Notes: a model not told the origin generated them from the letters alone. A stretch of DNA of 64,000 nt from Anaeromyxobacter sp. (GCA_049840735.1 JASGJN010000022.1:1-64000), one strand, 5' to 3'; counted from the first letter of the stretch, positions 1 to 12,170 are shown. A program made the numbers and translations.

Positions 1-3000
1 CGACGCCTTCGGCCGCACGCTCACCCAGACGGACGCGCTGGGCAAGACCACCACTTATCGTTACGAGACGGCGAATCGCAAGACGATCGTGACCACGCCG
101 GAGGGCGTGACGGTCACCACCGAGACCACCCGCAACGGCCAGCTGTGCCGGGTGACGGACGGCCGCGGGAACGCCACCACGTACGAGTACGACGCCGACG
201 GCAACCTCCGGTTCACCCGGCGGGCGGACGGCACGTCGCTCGAGTCCACCTACGATCGCGCAGATCGGGTGGTGGACCAGATTGACGTGCGCGACGATCA
301 CGCGCGTCAGCTACGACTCGGCCAACCGGGTGCGAAGCTGCACCGTGAATCCGGGCGGGCTCGGGTTCACGACCAGCTACGCGTACGACGCCAAGGGCCA
401 GCAGATTCAGCGTTACCGATCCGCGAAGGTGCACCGTCACGGCGATCAGCTTTGCGACCTGGCCGGCCACGTCCTCACGCAGGCCGTCGATCCCACCGGG
501 CTGAACCTCGTCACGCGCTACGAGTACGACCCGGCCGGCCGTAGTCTCTAGGTGACGAGCCCCGGCTGGCTGACCACGCAGTACACCTACGACGTCGCAG
601 GCCGGCGCGTCTCCACCATGGTGGATTCCGGCGGTCTCAACCTGGTCGAGAGCTACACCTACGACAGGAACGGGAACGTGGTCGCTCGGACCGACGCGCG
701 CGGGAACGTGACCCGGTTCGCCTACGATACGTCCAGCGGCTGGTGTTCACCGGTGGACGATGAGGGTGGCGTTCGCAAGAGCACGTACGACGCCGAGGGA
801 CGGGTCATCTCCACGACCGCCTACGGAACGATTGATCGCGCTGGGCTCGCTGCCCATTCCGCGGCGATCCGTCGACCAGATTGCACTGCTGCTCCAGCCG
901 GGCTCGGCGACCCGGCCCGACGTGGTGGAGCAGCGGGTCTATGACGGCGACGGCCGCCTGACCTGGAGCGTGGATGGCAGGAGGGAGGCGTCACCCAGCT
1001 CCGGTACGACGCGAAGGGCAATGTCATCGAACGCCGGACGTACGCCAATCGCATCACGGTGGCGAGCTGGAAACCGTGCGACCACGCCCACGCCGCCGGT
1101 CGTCGCCGACGACGCCCGCGATTCGCGGTCGCAGACCGTCTACGACCTGGCCGATTCGAGCCAAGTACACGCTCGACGGCGCGGGCGGGGTGGTGGAGCT
1201 GAAGTACGACGCCAACGGCAACGTGCTCGACCGGATCGCCTATGCGCGGACGATCCCGGCGGCCACGGCGGCCACCGAGGTGGCCATCGGCAGCGCCATC
1301 GCCGCGATCAGGAACCCGGTCCTGGATCGCCACGCCTACGCGGTCTACGACGCCGCGAACCGGCGCACCTGGTCGATCGACGGCGCCGGCGGGGTCGCGA
1401 AGGTGGTGTACGACGCCGACGGCAACGTGGTGGAGCAGAGGACCTACGTCAACCGGATCGATACCAGCAGCTGGACGCTGGGGACCGCGCCGGCCGTGGT
1501 GGCCGACGACACCCGCGACCAGCGGGTCCAGTCCGTCTACGACCGGGCCAACCGGGCTCGCTTCACGATCAGCGGCACCGGCGGCGTGGTCGAGCAGAAG
1601 TACGATCGGAACGGCAACGTTACCGAGCAGATCAGCTACGCCACGACCATCTCCACCGCGACGCCGGCGACCGAGTCCGACGTGTCCGGTGCCGTGGTGA
1701 AGAGCGCGGCGCGGGATCAGCACGTCTATCATGGCTATGACGCCGCCGGCCGGCGCACCTGGACCGTCGACGGCGTGGGCGGCACCACGACCCGTGCCTA
1801 CGACGCGAACGGCAACCTCATTGAGGAGCGCGTCTACGCGGCCAAGCTGAACCTCTCGACCTGGACGCCCGGCACCACGCCGACCGTGACGGGGACCGCT
1901 GCCAACCCCGATCTGCTGGTGAGGAACGTCTACGACAAGGCCAACCGCGTCCGCTTCACCATGAACGGCGTGGGCGCCGTGGTGGAGCAGACCTACGACG
2001 GCGTCGGTCACGTGCTCGAGCGCGTGGCCTACGCGACGGTCGTCCCGACCTCGACCGCGATGAACGAGGTGGATTCCAGGACCGCCGTCAACGCGGTGAA
2101 GAACGACGCGAAGGACTCCCGCGTCCGGTCGCGCTACGACGCCGCTGGGCGCGTGGCCTGGACGGCCAACGGCGCCGGCGCGGTCACCCGGCAGATCTAC
2201 GACGGCGCCGGGCAGCTGGTGAAGCAGGTGGCCTACGCCACGGCCGTCGCGAACACGGTCGAGCCGAGCGCGGTGGCTGCCACGGCCGACGACCGGGTCA
2301 CGCTGTTCGCGTACGACAAGGCTGGTCGCCAGGTCTTCACGGTGAACGCGCTGGGCGGCGTGAGCCAGACCGTCTACGACGGCACCGGCAGCGCCATCCA
2401 GCGCATCGCCTACGGCGATACCATCGCGGCGCCGACCGCGGCCACGGATCCGGCGGGCGTCGCGGCCGCCGTGAACCCGGTGCTGGGCGGGAGCGGTGAG
2501 AAGCGCGTGTCGAGCGCCGTCTTCGACGCAGCGGGCCGGCAGGTCTACACCGTGGACGCGGCGGGCGCGTTCACCCGCAGCTGGTACGACGGCGCGGGCA
2601 GCCTGATCGCGACGCGCGCATACGCGTATGGCATCACGGCCGGCAGCACGCCCGTGCTCCTGGCTTCCGGTGACCTGCAGGGCCTGCAGAGTACGGCCGG
2701 GTACGACCGCACCACGCTCTACGCGTACGATTCAGCCGGGCGGCTGGCCTACACGGTCGACCCGCTCGGCTACGTGAAGGCCACCCGCTACGACGGGGTG
2801 GGCCGGATCACCGGCACGACGCTCCACGCCGCGGCCACCTCAGGGCTCAGCGTGGGGGCGACGGCTGCCAGCATCCTCTCGAAGCTGACCGTCAACTCGG
2901 CCCGAGACCAGTCGGACACCTTCGTGTTCGACGCGGCCGGGCGGCTCGAGTCGAGCAAGGACGCGCTCCAGGTCGCCGAGTCGTTCGCCTACGACGGGGC

Positions 3001-6000
3001 CGGACGCAAGGTCAGCTTCACGAACAAGAAGCAGGCGACCTGGACGTATGGGTACGACGCCGCGGGGCGGCTGGTGCAGCAGACCGACCCGCAGGTGGAC
3101 GTTGCCTCCGTCGGGCTGGACGCAAACGGCAAGCTCACGCTGGTGGGGACGCCCCAGCCCACCGCGATCATCACGGTCATGGGCTACGACGCGCTCGGCA
3201 ACCTGACCACGCGCATCGAGGCCTACGGCCTGAGCGGGCAGCAGCGGACCACCACCTACGCGTACGACCAACTCGGCCGCCAGGTGCTGACCACCTTCCC
3301 GCCGGTCGGCGTCTACAACGAGGCCGAGGCCAGCATCCCGGCCAACGGCGCGAGCAGCGTGGCCAGCCGGGTGGAAGACACCAGCAAGGTGCTGAGCTCG
3401 CAGACCTTCTACAACGTCTTCGGAGAGGCCGTGGCTGGCCTCGATGTGGGCGGGAACCGGAGCTACAAGGCCTACGACGCGCTCGGGCGGATTCGCTACG
3501 AGGTGGACGCGCTGGGCTACGTCACCGGCTACCAGCGGAACGCCTTTGGGGATGTCCTCCAGCTCACCCGCTACGCGACGAATCCGCCTCTGAGCGCCTC
3601 CGAGTATGCACCTCCCAAGGCGGCGGCCATCACCACTGCCCTGAACGGCCTGACCACCGCGCAGCATGCGGGCGATCGGATCCTCGTCACCCAGTACGAC
3701 AAGATGGGCCGCGCGACCCGCGTCACGCAGCCGACGGTCTGGGTCAACGTCGGCAGTCCGGGTTCGGGGTTCAACGCCGCTGCGGTCGTGGAGAACACCT
3801 ACGACGCCTTCGGCCAGTTGACGGACGCATGGTCCCTCTCCGGGCCCTCCAAGTGGACCGGTGTCCGCCACGTCTATGACCAGCGCGGTCAGGAGGTGAA
3901 GACCATCGACGCGGCCGGCTTCCTCACGGAGCAGACCTTCGACGCGGCAGGGAACCTCGTCGAGAGGTGGGAGTACAGCAAGGAGCTCACCGGGGTGACG
4001 GCAAACGGGCGGACGGCCTACGACCTGGCCTCGCTCACCAAGGTCAGCGCGCTGGACCGCGGCTGGTCCTACGGCTACGACCAGCTCAACCGCAAGACCT
4101 GGGAGTGCCAGAAGCAGGTGGAGTGCGTGGACTCCGCGGGCACGCTCGGCCGTCGTGATCTCTACACGTACTACGGGTACGACGCGCTGGGGAACCAGAC
4201 CTGGGCGCGGGACCCGTCCTACGCGACGACCTACACCGTCTACGACGCTGCAGGTCGCATCAAGGCCGTCTCCGCGCCAAGCCGGAGCAGCACGCTGACC
4301 GGCGCCTCGCTCATCCCCATCACCACCTTCCTGCGCGACGCGTTCGGGAACGTGGTGGTGAAGCGAGAGCACGCCACCGGGACCACCGATCCGAGCACCG
4401 GGGCGGTGCCGGCCGAGAACGTCCTGGACCACGTGACGTACACGAAGTACGACGCGCGCGGTCAGGCGGTGATGACCACCGACGCCGAGAAGATCAACCA
4501 CTTCCAGTCCTACGATGCGTTCGGGCACCTGGCGAAGCAGTGGCAGGGAGTGGAGGGCTCGAGCGGCTCCACGCGCACCCTCTACACGGTGTTCCAGTAC
4601 GACGCGCTCGGCCACCAGACCGCCATCATCACCCCGAGCACGACCACCGGACTGGGATCCAACGGGATCGGTGCCATCGCCCTGAGCAACGTCAAGGTGA
4701 CGATGAAGTACAACGCGTTCGGCGAGATGTACGAACGCAGCACCACCGGGCTCGCGACGGAGACGTTCGAGTATGACGCCGCCGGGCGGATGTGGCGAAC
4801 CAACTCCGGCGACGGCAACCGGAAGATCTACCTCTACGACCTGCTGGGCCGGAAGACCGCCGAGCTGTCGAGCCTGGGCACCGTCGATGTCGGCACCTAC
4901 ACCTCCGCCTCCGCTGCCGACGCGGTGGGCGCCCTCGGCGTGCTGCGGCGGGTGGACTTCGAGAACGACGTCCTGGGACGCGTCACGCGCCAGGTGCTGC
5001 CGAACCGGCAGGACGCCCTCGATACTTCGGCCTACCGGGTGGCGGTCGAGCAGAAGTACGACCGCTGGGGTAACATGCTCAGCCAGAGCAACCCCACGGC
5101 GTCCGGTACCGCGCCGACGCTCTGGACCGACTACACGTACAACGGCTTCAACCAGGTCACGTCCAAGACCGACCCGATCGCGACGGCCGGAGCCACGACG
5201 CGCTCCACGACCACCATCCGCTACGACGTCCTGGGGCGGCAGGTGGAGGTGAAGGACGCCCGCGGCTACTCGACCAAGCAGGAGTGGGACGCCGGCGGCC
5301 AGCTGGTCAAGGAGACCCGCGGCCTCTACAACGGCGTGGAATATGGCGGCGTGGTGACCCGCGTCTATGACGCGTTCGGGAACCAGGTCCGCGTCATCGA
5401 CGCGCTGAACCACAAGACCGACTACGTCTTCGACCGCCTCAACCGGAACACCAGGATCGTCACGGAGTCGGTCAAGGTCTACAGCGCCGATACGGACTAC
5501 AAGGTCACCCAGGTCGCCGAGAAGCAGCTCGAGACCGTGATGACCTACGACGCGGCCGGGCGCAAGCTCAGCCAGACCAACGGCGACGGCGAGACCACGC
5601 GCTACGTCTACGACCTGCGCGGCAACATCGTCGAGACCATCCAGCCCATGGGGCAGTCGACGGTCTCGGCCTGGGACGCCGCCGGGAAGCAGATCGCCGA
5701 GAAGGACGCCAACAATGCCCTTGCCACCTGGACCTACAACGGGTTCGGCCGGCTCGAGGCGCACAAGGACATCGGCAACGCCACCTCCCAGTTCTTCTAC
5801 GACAACGCCAATCAGCTCAAGCGCACGACCAGCAGTCGCGGGCAGAACCTCGAGTACAGCTACGACGGCGCCGGCCAGCTGGTGCAGATCGTCGACAAGG
5901 CCCTGAACCAGACCACCGTGTACGCCTACACGGCGGCCGGGAAGAAGACGCTCGAGCAGGTCACGCAGTATGGGGGCGCGCCGCTCAACTACAACGCGAC

Positions 6001-9000
6001 CGCGGGCGGTTCCGCCGGGATGGTGGTCTACCAGAACCAGCGCCTCAGCTACGACAACCTGGGGCGCCTGCTCCGGGTCGAGGCCATGGACGGCGTGACC
6101 ATGACCTTCGACTACGACGAGGTCGGCAACCGCCTCCACCAGCGGACGGACTACCAGACGCAGAAGTACCGGCTGGTGGACGACTACGTCTACCAGCAGG
6201 TCGGCACGAATGCGTACGGCCAGGCCGTCTACGCGAACGTCAAGGTGGGTTCACATCCCGTCTACGACACCACGGCGAGCACCAAGCACGCCTACTTCGC
6301 CTACGACTGCATGAACCGCCAGATCCTGGTGGACGGCGCGAAGAACAGCAACGCGAACGACCTCGGGAACATCACCAAGGACCAGGGGCACATCCTCGCC
6401 TACGACAAGAACGGCAATCGCATCAAAGACGTGTCGTACGGCAGGCAGGTGGTCGCGAGCGTAGGCGGGCCCAACTATGGCTCGAACATGACGTACGCGG
6501 TCTACAGCGCGCGGGAGGGCATCAACTACGAGTACTACGACTACGACGCGCTGAACCGGCTCACGGCGGTGAAGACGGGCCTCTTCGACGAGAACTGGAA
6601 TGCCGTCCTCGACAGTAACGTCGCGCTCAGGCTCGACGAGCGCCTGTATGACGGAGCGTCACGAGTGGTCAAGGTCGGCCTGAGCAGTGAGACGACCGCT
6701 GGTTACCGCAGCGCCCTGAACGCGAACGACGCCGAGGCCAACGGCGCCCGCGTGCGGATCACCCGCTACGACGAGAACGGGCGCGTCCAGTCGGTGAAGG
6801 TCTGGAAGCCCAACAACAGCGTCGAGAGCGAGACCAGGTACGAGAAGAAGGAGTTCGACTACAAGGAGGCCATCTACACGTACGACTCGTACGGAAACGG
6901 CACGATCGTTGGCTATCGCGACGTGTACCGCTGGGATCCCAAAACCGCCTACGACGCCGCCGGCAACGTGAAGGCCTACACCTCGTCCGGCTCCGACGGC
7001 GCCAAGTCCGTCTATAACGTCGAGTTCAAGCTGTTCGACGCCTACAAGGAAGGAGTCGTCACCGGGTACCGCGAGGACAACGCCAACAACCCCGGCACGA
7101 CCACCGACAACTACGACGTGAACGGCTTCCTGATCGGGCTCGACGATTCCACCAAGGACGCAAACGACAGGAGGTTCATCAACGACGCGCAGGGCAAGGT
7201 CCTGATGAAGGTGCAGGAGGGGCGCGTCCTCCGCCAGCTGGTGGTGGACGGGAACGTCCTCGGCGTCTACGGCGAGGGCACTGACCAGGACAAGCCCGTC
7301 AACAGCTCGGGGAACCCCAACTACACCGTCCAGGGCGAGTTCGGGCTCACCTACCAGGCCATCACCAACGCCTATCCCTCGGCGGCGGTCGGCAGCTACC
7401 AGGTCAGGGCCGGCGACACGATCAAGTCGATCGCCCAGGCTGCGTACGGGGACACGAGCCTTTGGTACGTGATCGCGGATGCGAACGGGCTCCGCGGGGA
7501 CAGCGATCTCCGCGTGGGGCAGACGGTGACCATCCCCAATGGCGCGTCCGGTTCGAAGAACAACTCGACCACGTTCCAGCCTTACGACCCGTCGAGGGTC
7601 GTCGGCAGCACCTCGCCGAACCTGCCCATCCCTGCGGCGAACAAGGGCTGCGGGGTCATCGGCACGATTCTCGTGGTGGTCGTGACGGTGATCGCGACCA
7701 TCTACACCGCCGGGGCGGCCGCAATTGCCATGAACGTGGCTGGTGCCGCGGCGAGCAGCGGCGTATTTGCGGCAGGGGCCGCCGTCCTGGGCGGGAGCGC
7801 CGTGGCTGGCGCCACCGGGATCGGCGCTACCATGGCCGTGCTCGGGGCAGCCGCGATCGGCGGCGCGGTCGGCTCGCTTGCTGGTCAGATGGTCGGTGTC
7901 ATGACCGGCATGCAGAAGGAGATCAGCTGGGGCGCCGTGGCCACGAGCGCCATCTCCAACGTCGTGACGGCAGGCGTGGGCGGCGCGTTCAACGGTGCCG
8001 GCGACGCCGCGAAGTCCTGGTACGCCCGCGCGGCGGTCGCCGCGACCAAGGCCACGATCTCGAACGCGGCAACGCAGGGCGTCAGCCTTGCCGTGGGGCT
8101 GCAGAAGGACTTCAACTGGTCGTCGGTCGCCGCTTCCGCGGTTGGCGCGGCGGTGGGTTCCGCAACGTCCGAAGCCACCAACTCGGCGATCAAGTACGAT
8201 CCGTCAAAGGGGGGGTTCGACTTCGGAAAGAGCCTGGTGTCAGGCACGGCGTCCGGATTTGTTGCCGGTATGACGACTGCGGTCATGCGGGGCGGAAAGA
8301 TCGCCGTCCAGCAGATCGCAGCTGATGCGTTCGGAAACGCGTTTGCGAGTGCGCTGACCAGCCAAGCAGAGGCCTGGGAAGGTGAGCGGAAAGCGATCGC
8401 GGAACGGCGGGACATCAACAGCCGGTACGCGGACCAGAACGATCCCAGCCGCTTCTATGCGGCTCTTCCGGGGGGGGGGGCCGAAAGCGCGGTCGGGCCG
8501 CCACCCACGGAGGCAGTTCGTGACGGCGAGGGCAACGTCGTGGCTCTCGCATCTCCCGCGGGCGTTTGCAGGGTTGATCAGGGCTTCGGGTTCGGAGGTC
8601 ATGGAGATCCGCGGTTCAATGTGGGGGTGATGGATCCGAGAGCACAGGCGCTGCAGAACCTGTGCAGCGTCTGGGGCGCTGGCACCGCCTCGGATGCTGG
8701 AGGCATCCTGCGCGGCGCTAGCCAAGAGGATCTGCTGAGCGCGCTGTCCGCGGCAGGAAGAGACTACCGGCGTCGGCAGGAAGACCTGATGCTGCGAGCC
8801 GGGAAGGCTGAAGGCTCTGTTAGCGCGCAAGTCCCTGGTTGGTTTGCGAGTATGCCAGTGTGGGAAGCTTCATCTGTAGCTGGCGAGAGATGGAACGAGT
8901 TGGTTGGCCCTGAGGCGGAGGTTGCTCCCGTACGAAGAGCGTCTGCAGCGTCGGTTTCGAGCGACCCGTCTGCAGGTACACGAGATGCTCAAACCACCGC

Positions 9001-9541
9001 GCCGAAGGCAGCGAAGGCAGCCAAGGCGAAGACACCAATAGTCGCGGCGCCCGAGCCTTCGGAGGAGGAGGCGGCTCGCATGCGCATTGCGGCTGTGGAT
9101 ATCGCAAAGGTGGAGTTCAAAGATTCGCCGTATGGGTCGGGCGCCAAATGCAATGAGTTGGTGTCCTGGTCATACCGTAAGGCCGGGATCACTTTCCCCG
9201 ACGTGTACGAGGACATCACGGGGACCGGACGCCTCTTCACGTCAAAGGAGAAGATGATAAGTGATCCACATATGAGACTTGTTGCTGAGGGAAAGCAGCA
9301 GAAGGGTGACATGGCGGTTGTCGTCCGGAAGGACGGGACGTTCCAGCACGTGATGTTTGTTGATGACCCCAAGGCAGAGATGGAGTTCTTCTCCACGAGG
9401 GGCCCGGCCACGAACGGCAAGCCTGAGCGGGTTCCGAGTCCCTATCACAGGACTTGGTCAACGCAAACGAACAACAAGCCGGACGGCAGGACAATTCGAT
9501 ACTATCGTTGGATGCCGCTGAATAGCGAGGGGCCAAAATGA
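1..9541 (+). CDS. Giant YD-repeat (Rhs-like) polymorphic toxin: YD shell - LysM - hydrophobic Gly/Ala region - C-terminal NlpC/P60-like toxin. 5' end lies outside the window; several frameshifts in bases 1-1170
   Basis: Dozens of YDxxGR/YDxxGN repeats from base 2 onward (split across ORFs 89, 282, 552, 760, then the continuous ORF 974-9541). LysM SYQVRAGDTIKSIAQAAYGDTSLWYVIADANGL at ~7394-7537. Hydrophobic GCGVIGTILVVVVTVIATIYTAG segment. AT-richer tip with KCNELVSWSYRKAGITFP...KGD...QHVMF. Confidence 0.9.
6931..8353 (+). repeat. ~1.4-kb direct repeat, copy 1 (late YD region, LysM, hydrophobic region)
   Basis: Same sequence at 13683-15105 (offset 6752); no differences seen over the first ~1.0 kb, then mostly synonymous differences. 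Confidence 0.95.
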
Positions 9542-10503
9542 AAGCGCTGCGGTCAAGCATCGCCGGCCTGGTGGCCGCTGGTGTGTTGGCGGTGCCGGTG
9601 GATGTGCGTGGCGATGCAGAAGTGCCGGCGGCTGTCGCGAAAGGCTTGGTAATTCCAACTGGCAGCGGGCTGGTGCTGGCCGGTGAGCGCGTGCTGGTTC
9701 GGCTGGATCAGGTGGAGGCTGTGTATGTCCTGGCAAATCCTTCCCCAAAAGAGGTCCGAGTCGATGTTGCTTTTATGGTGCCTGAATACCGTTACGATGA
9801 GGCCACCGGCTCCTATAATGCGGTAGAGGAGTTTCGCCTAATGGTTGAGGGGCGCAGGGTTCCTGTGCCCTTCTCCGCGCGCGCCATCGTGGAGGACGGC
9901 GAGGGGCGCGAAAGGGACGTCACGCGCGATGTCATGGCGGCGGGGCTGTCCCTCGAACGCCTCGGGGGGGTTGAGGATGCCCTTGAAGTGCGTGCCGACG
10001 GGCGGAGCGTGGTCGTGGAGGGCCAGGGACCACTCGCTCGATTGCCAACCGCGGAAAGACAGCAGCTGGTCGCGAAGGGGGTGCTGCGCGCATGGGGGCA
10101 GGATGTCACCCCGGAGTGGATTGTGAGGGGTGGCTACTACTGGGTGCAGCGAGTGCCAGCGAAAGGTACGGTGGAGTTGCGGATTAGCTACAGGCCGGCC
10201 GCGGGTGTGGATGCCGAGTTGTCCGAGGAAACCCTGCAGGGAGCCTGCGCGGGTGAGTCGCTGCGCAGGGTTGCTGCTGCCAAGCAGTGGAAGGCGGTGT
10301 CTGTCGCGGTGGCGTTTGGGGCGGAAGAGCTGCCGAGGGAAGCTTCAGGGACTTTTGAGCTGATTGTTGATCCGCCGAAGGACTCGGTCGCGTCGATGTG
10401 CTGGGGAAGGGGCGGAGAGATAGTCAAGCGCAGGGCGGTCCGCAAGGCAGGTGGTGACGTAACAATCCCAGACGGTGTCACCGTGCTCTACCTTGTGCCG
10501 TAG
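9538..10503 (+). CDS. Exported DUF4424-like protein, putative immunity protein to the NlpC/P60-like tip
   Basis: ATGA overlap with the toxin stop. N-terminal signal-like segment. GLV...ERVLVRLDQVEAVYVLANPSPKEVRVDVAF and YYWVQRVPAKGTVELRISYRP resemble DUF4424 family motifs. Confidence 0.6.
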   Translation: MKALRSSIAGLVAAGVLAVPVDVRGDAEVPAAVAKGLVIPTGSGLVLAGERVLVRLDQVEAVYVLANPSPKEVRVDVAFMVPEYRYDEATGSYNAVEEFRLMVEGRRVPVPFSARAIVEDGEGRERDVTRDVMAAGLSLERLGGVEDALEVRADGRSVVVEGQGPLARLPTAERQQLVAKGVLRAWGQDVTPEWIVRGGYYWVQRVPAKGTVELRISYRPAAGVDAELSEETLQGACAGESLRRVAAAKQWKAVSVAVAFGAEELPREASGTFELIVDPPKDSVASMCWGRGGEIVKRRAVRKAGGDVTIPDGVTVLYLVP

Positions 10504-10510
10504 TACACGG

Positions 10511-11181
10511 GTACCCGTCCGGTGAACCGCGTCGAGCAGAGCCCTACGCCGCCGCGGTAGCCTCCGGGGCGTGCGACGTGTCGCGACCGAGCAAGCGCTG
10601 GGATGCGAGGAGCTGCTGAGTGTGCGGCTTCTCGGAGGTCTCCTTCCAGTGCTTGGGGGAGAGCTCGAGGACGCGGGTCGCCGGCCAGGCGGGGAGCCAG
10701 GTGAGGACGTCGCATAGGTAGGCTCACGGCTCGAGACCGTGGAGCTGGCAGCTCGCGATGAGCGAGACGGCCACGGCGTTCCAGTGCGCGCCCTCGTCGC
10801 TGCCGCAGAACAGCCAGTTCTTACGTCCCACGACCTCGCGGCGGAGCTCGAGCTCGCTGAGCGAACGGAGGACGACATGACGGAGCAGGAGCGGACGCGG
10901 TGGACGAGGCTGGTCGCAGACTTCGAGGCAAGCGACCTCACGCAGCGGGAGTTCGCCACTGAGCGCGGGGTCTCGTTCAGCAACCTGCGCAACTGGCTGA
11001 TACAAGCTTCGCAAGGAGTCCCGGCCCGCTGCAGCCGGAGCCGCCGAAGGTGCCTGGTGCAAGCCCCTGAGCGGGCGGCGGCGCCGGAGGGCTCGCGTCT
11101 GGTGCCGGTCCGTGTGCGGTAGCGTCCGCGGCGAAGCCGCGGACCTCGGTGGTGGCGGTGGGCCGGGGCGAGATGGTCGAG
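10511..11181. mobile_element. Scrambled IS66 remnant (tnpC 3' end on minus strand joined to a tnpA copy on plus strand)
   Basis: Minus-strand LRREVVGRKNWLFCGSDEGAHWNAVAVSLIASCQLHGLEP is the IS66 TnpC C-terminus. Plus-strand MTEQERTRWTRLVADFEASDLTQREF is TnpA-like and nearly identical to 12515+. End sequence gtacccgtccggtgaaccgcgt at 10511 matches 19541 at 20 of 22 positions. Confidence 0.85.
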
Positions 11182-11261
11182 TCACTCTGCATGGGTCTGC
11201 GTATGCTCTCTTTGCTCTTGAGAACCGGGTGGGCCGTGCGCCGATGTTCTCCTATCGCTAG
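11181..11261 (+). pseudogene. Probable 3' stub of a deleted toxin gene (VTLHGSAYALFALENRVGRAPMFSYR*)
   Basis: Begins at the IS66 junction, is AT-richer, and its TAG is followed directly by GAGGAGG and the ankyrin gene start. Confidence 0.35.
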
Positions 11262-11273
11262 CGAGGAGGTCTC

Positions 11274-12170
11274 TTGAGTGGGATTCCTGAGGTTGGAACT
11301 CGTTGGTTATGGCGGTTGTTCTTTATCTTGTTGGCTGTAGTGTGCGGGGGGAGTGTGAGCGCCGCTTCTGACTCATTGGACCCTTCCGGGGCGTTTGGGG
11401 ATCGTCGAGTGGTAGCGCTGGCGGAGGCGGCCTCCGTCGGCGATGTGGGGATGGTCAGGAGTCTTCTCGCGCAAGGTGTGCCAGTGGATGCGCGCGGTAA
11501 CAACGGCAAGACGCCGCTCTACTTCGCGGTCCGAGCAAACAGCCGTGCGGGCGTCGCCGTCTTGCTCGAGGCTGGCGCAAGTCCGAATGTCCGCATCGAA
11601 AGTCCAGTCTGGGTTGGGGGGGTGCCACTAGTCTTCTCAGCCGCTTTGGCAGGTCCGGAGATGCTCGAGCTGTTGTTGCAGAACGGCGCCAACCCCAACG
11701 TTCGAAAGCCTCCCTTTCTAGAGCACATCAAGGAATGTCCGTTCGAGCGCGAGACGTTATTGTTGGAATGCATCAACGATCCAGTTCTGGTCGCGCTTCT
11801 GGTGAGATTCGGCGCGGACGTGAACGTTCGGCCCGAGCGGACCTACGGGACGATCGGGGGCGTGACTGCGGCTGAGCGGGCGGCGATCCTTCGCAGGTAC
11901 GACGTGGTGAAGATACTGCTCGACGCTGGTGTAGCGGACCTGGAGGGGGTCGCGAATGCTTTGCAGGTAGTGCCGGCGCCAGCAGACATGGAGAGCGACC
12001 GTATTCAGCTGCTCTCGCGCTTGCGTGCTCTCGGTGCGACTATTCGTCCGTCCGAGATCAATCCCCGGACGCCGAGCGAGCTCGTGACGCCCGGTGCACC
12101 GCCGCTGTCGAGCCCCAAGGGGCCGCGCCCGTGGGTGTGCGGTCCTGCGAAGCGATTCGGCGAGGAATAG
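11274..12170 (+). CDS. Exported ankyrin-repeat protein, orphan immunity protein
   Basis: RBS GAGGAGG, signal peptide (FFILLAVVCGGSVSA), ankyrin motifs GKTPLYFA, LLEAGASPN, LLLQNGANPN, LLVRFGADVN; AT-richer than the host. Confidence 0.8.
   Translation: MSGIPEVGTRWLWRLFFILLAVVCGGSVSAASDSLDPSGAFGDRRVVALAEAASVGDVGMVRSLLAQGVPVDARGNNGKTPLYFAVRANSRAGVAVLLEAGASPNVRIESPVWVGGVPLVFSAALAGPEMLELLLQNGANPNVRKPPFLEHIKECPFERETLLLECINDPVLVALLVRFGADVNVRPERTYGTIGGVTAAERAAILRRYDVVKILLDAGVADLEGVANALQVVPAPADMESDRIQLLSRLRALGATIRPSEINPRTPSELVTPGAPPLSSPKGPRPWVCGPAKRFGEE

Noticed and set aside
1..1170. Multiple frameshifts and a stop suggesting the toxin gene is a pseudogene
   Set aside because: Similar single-base shifts occur in moaD, the M28 peptidase and other ordinary genes, so sequencing error is the simpler explanation; it cannot be settled without reads
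2840..6139. 1099-aa minus-strand ORF and other long antisense ORFs (31942-34947, 35995-39972, 58464-62078)
   Set aside because: Shadow frames of high-GC genes with no recognisable domains
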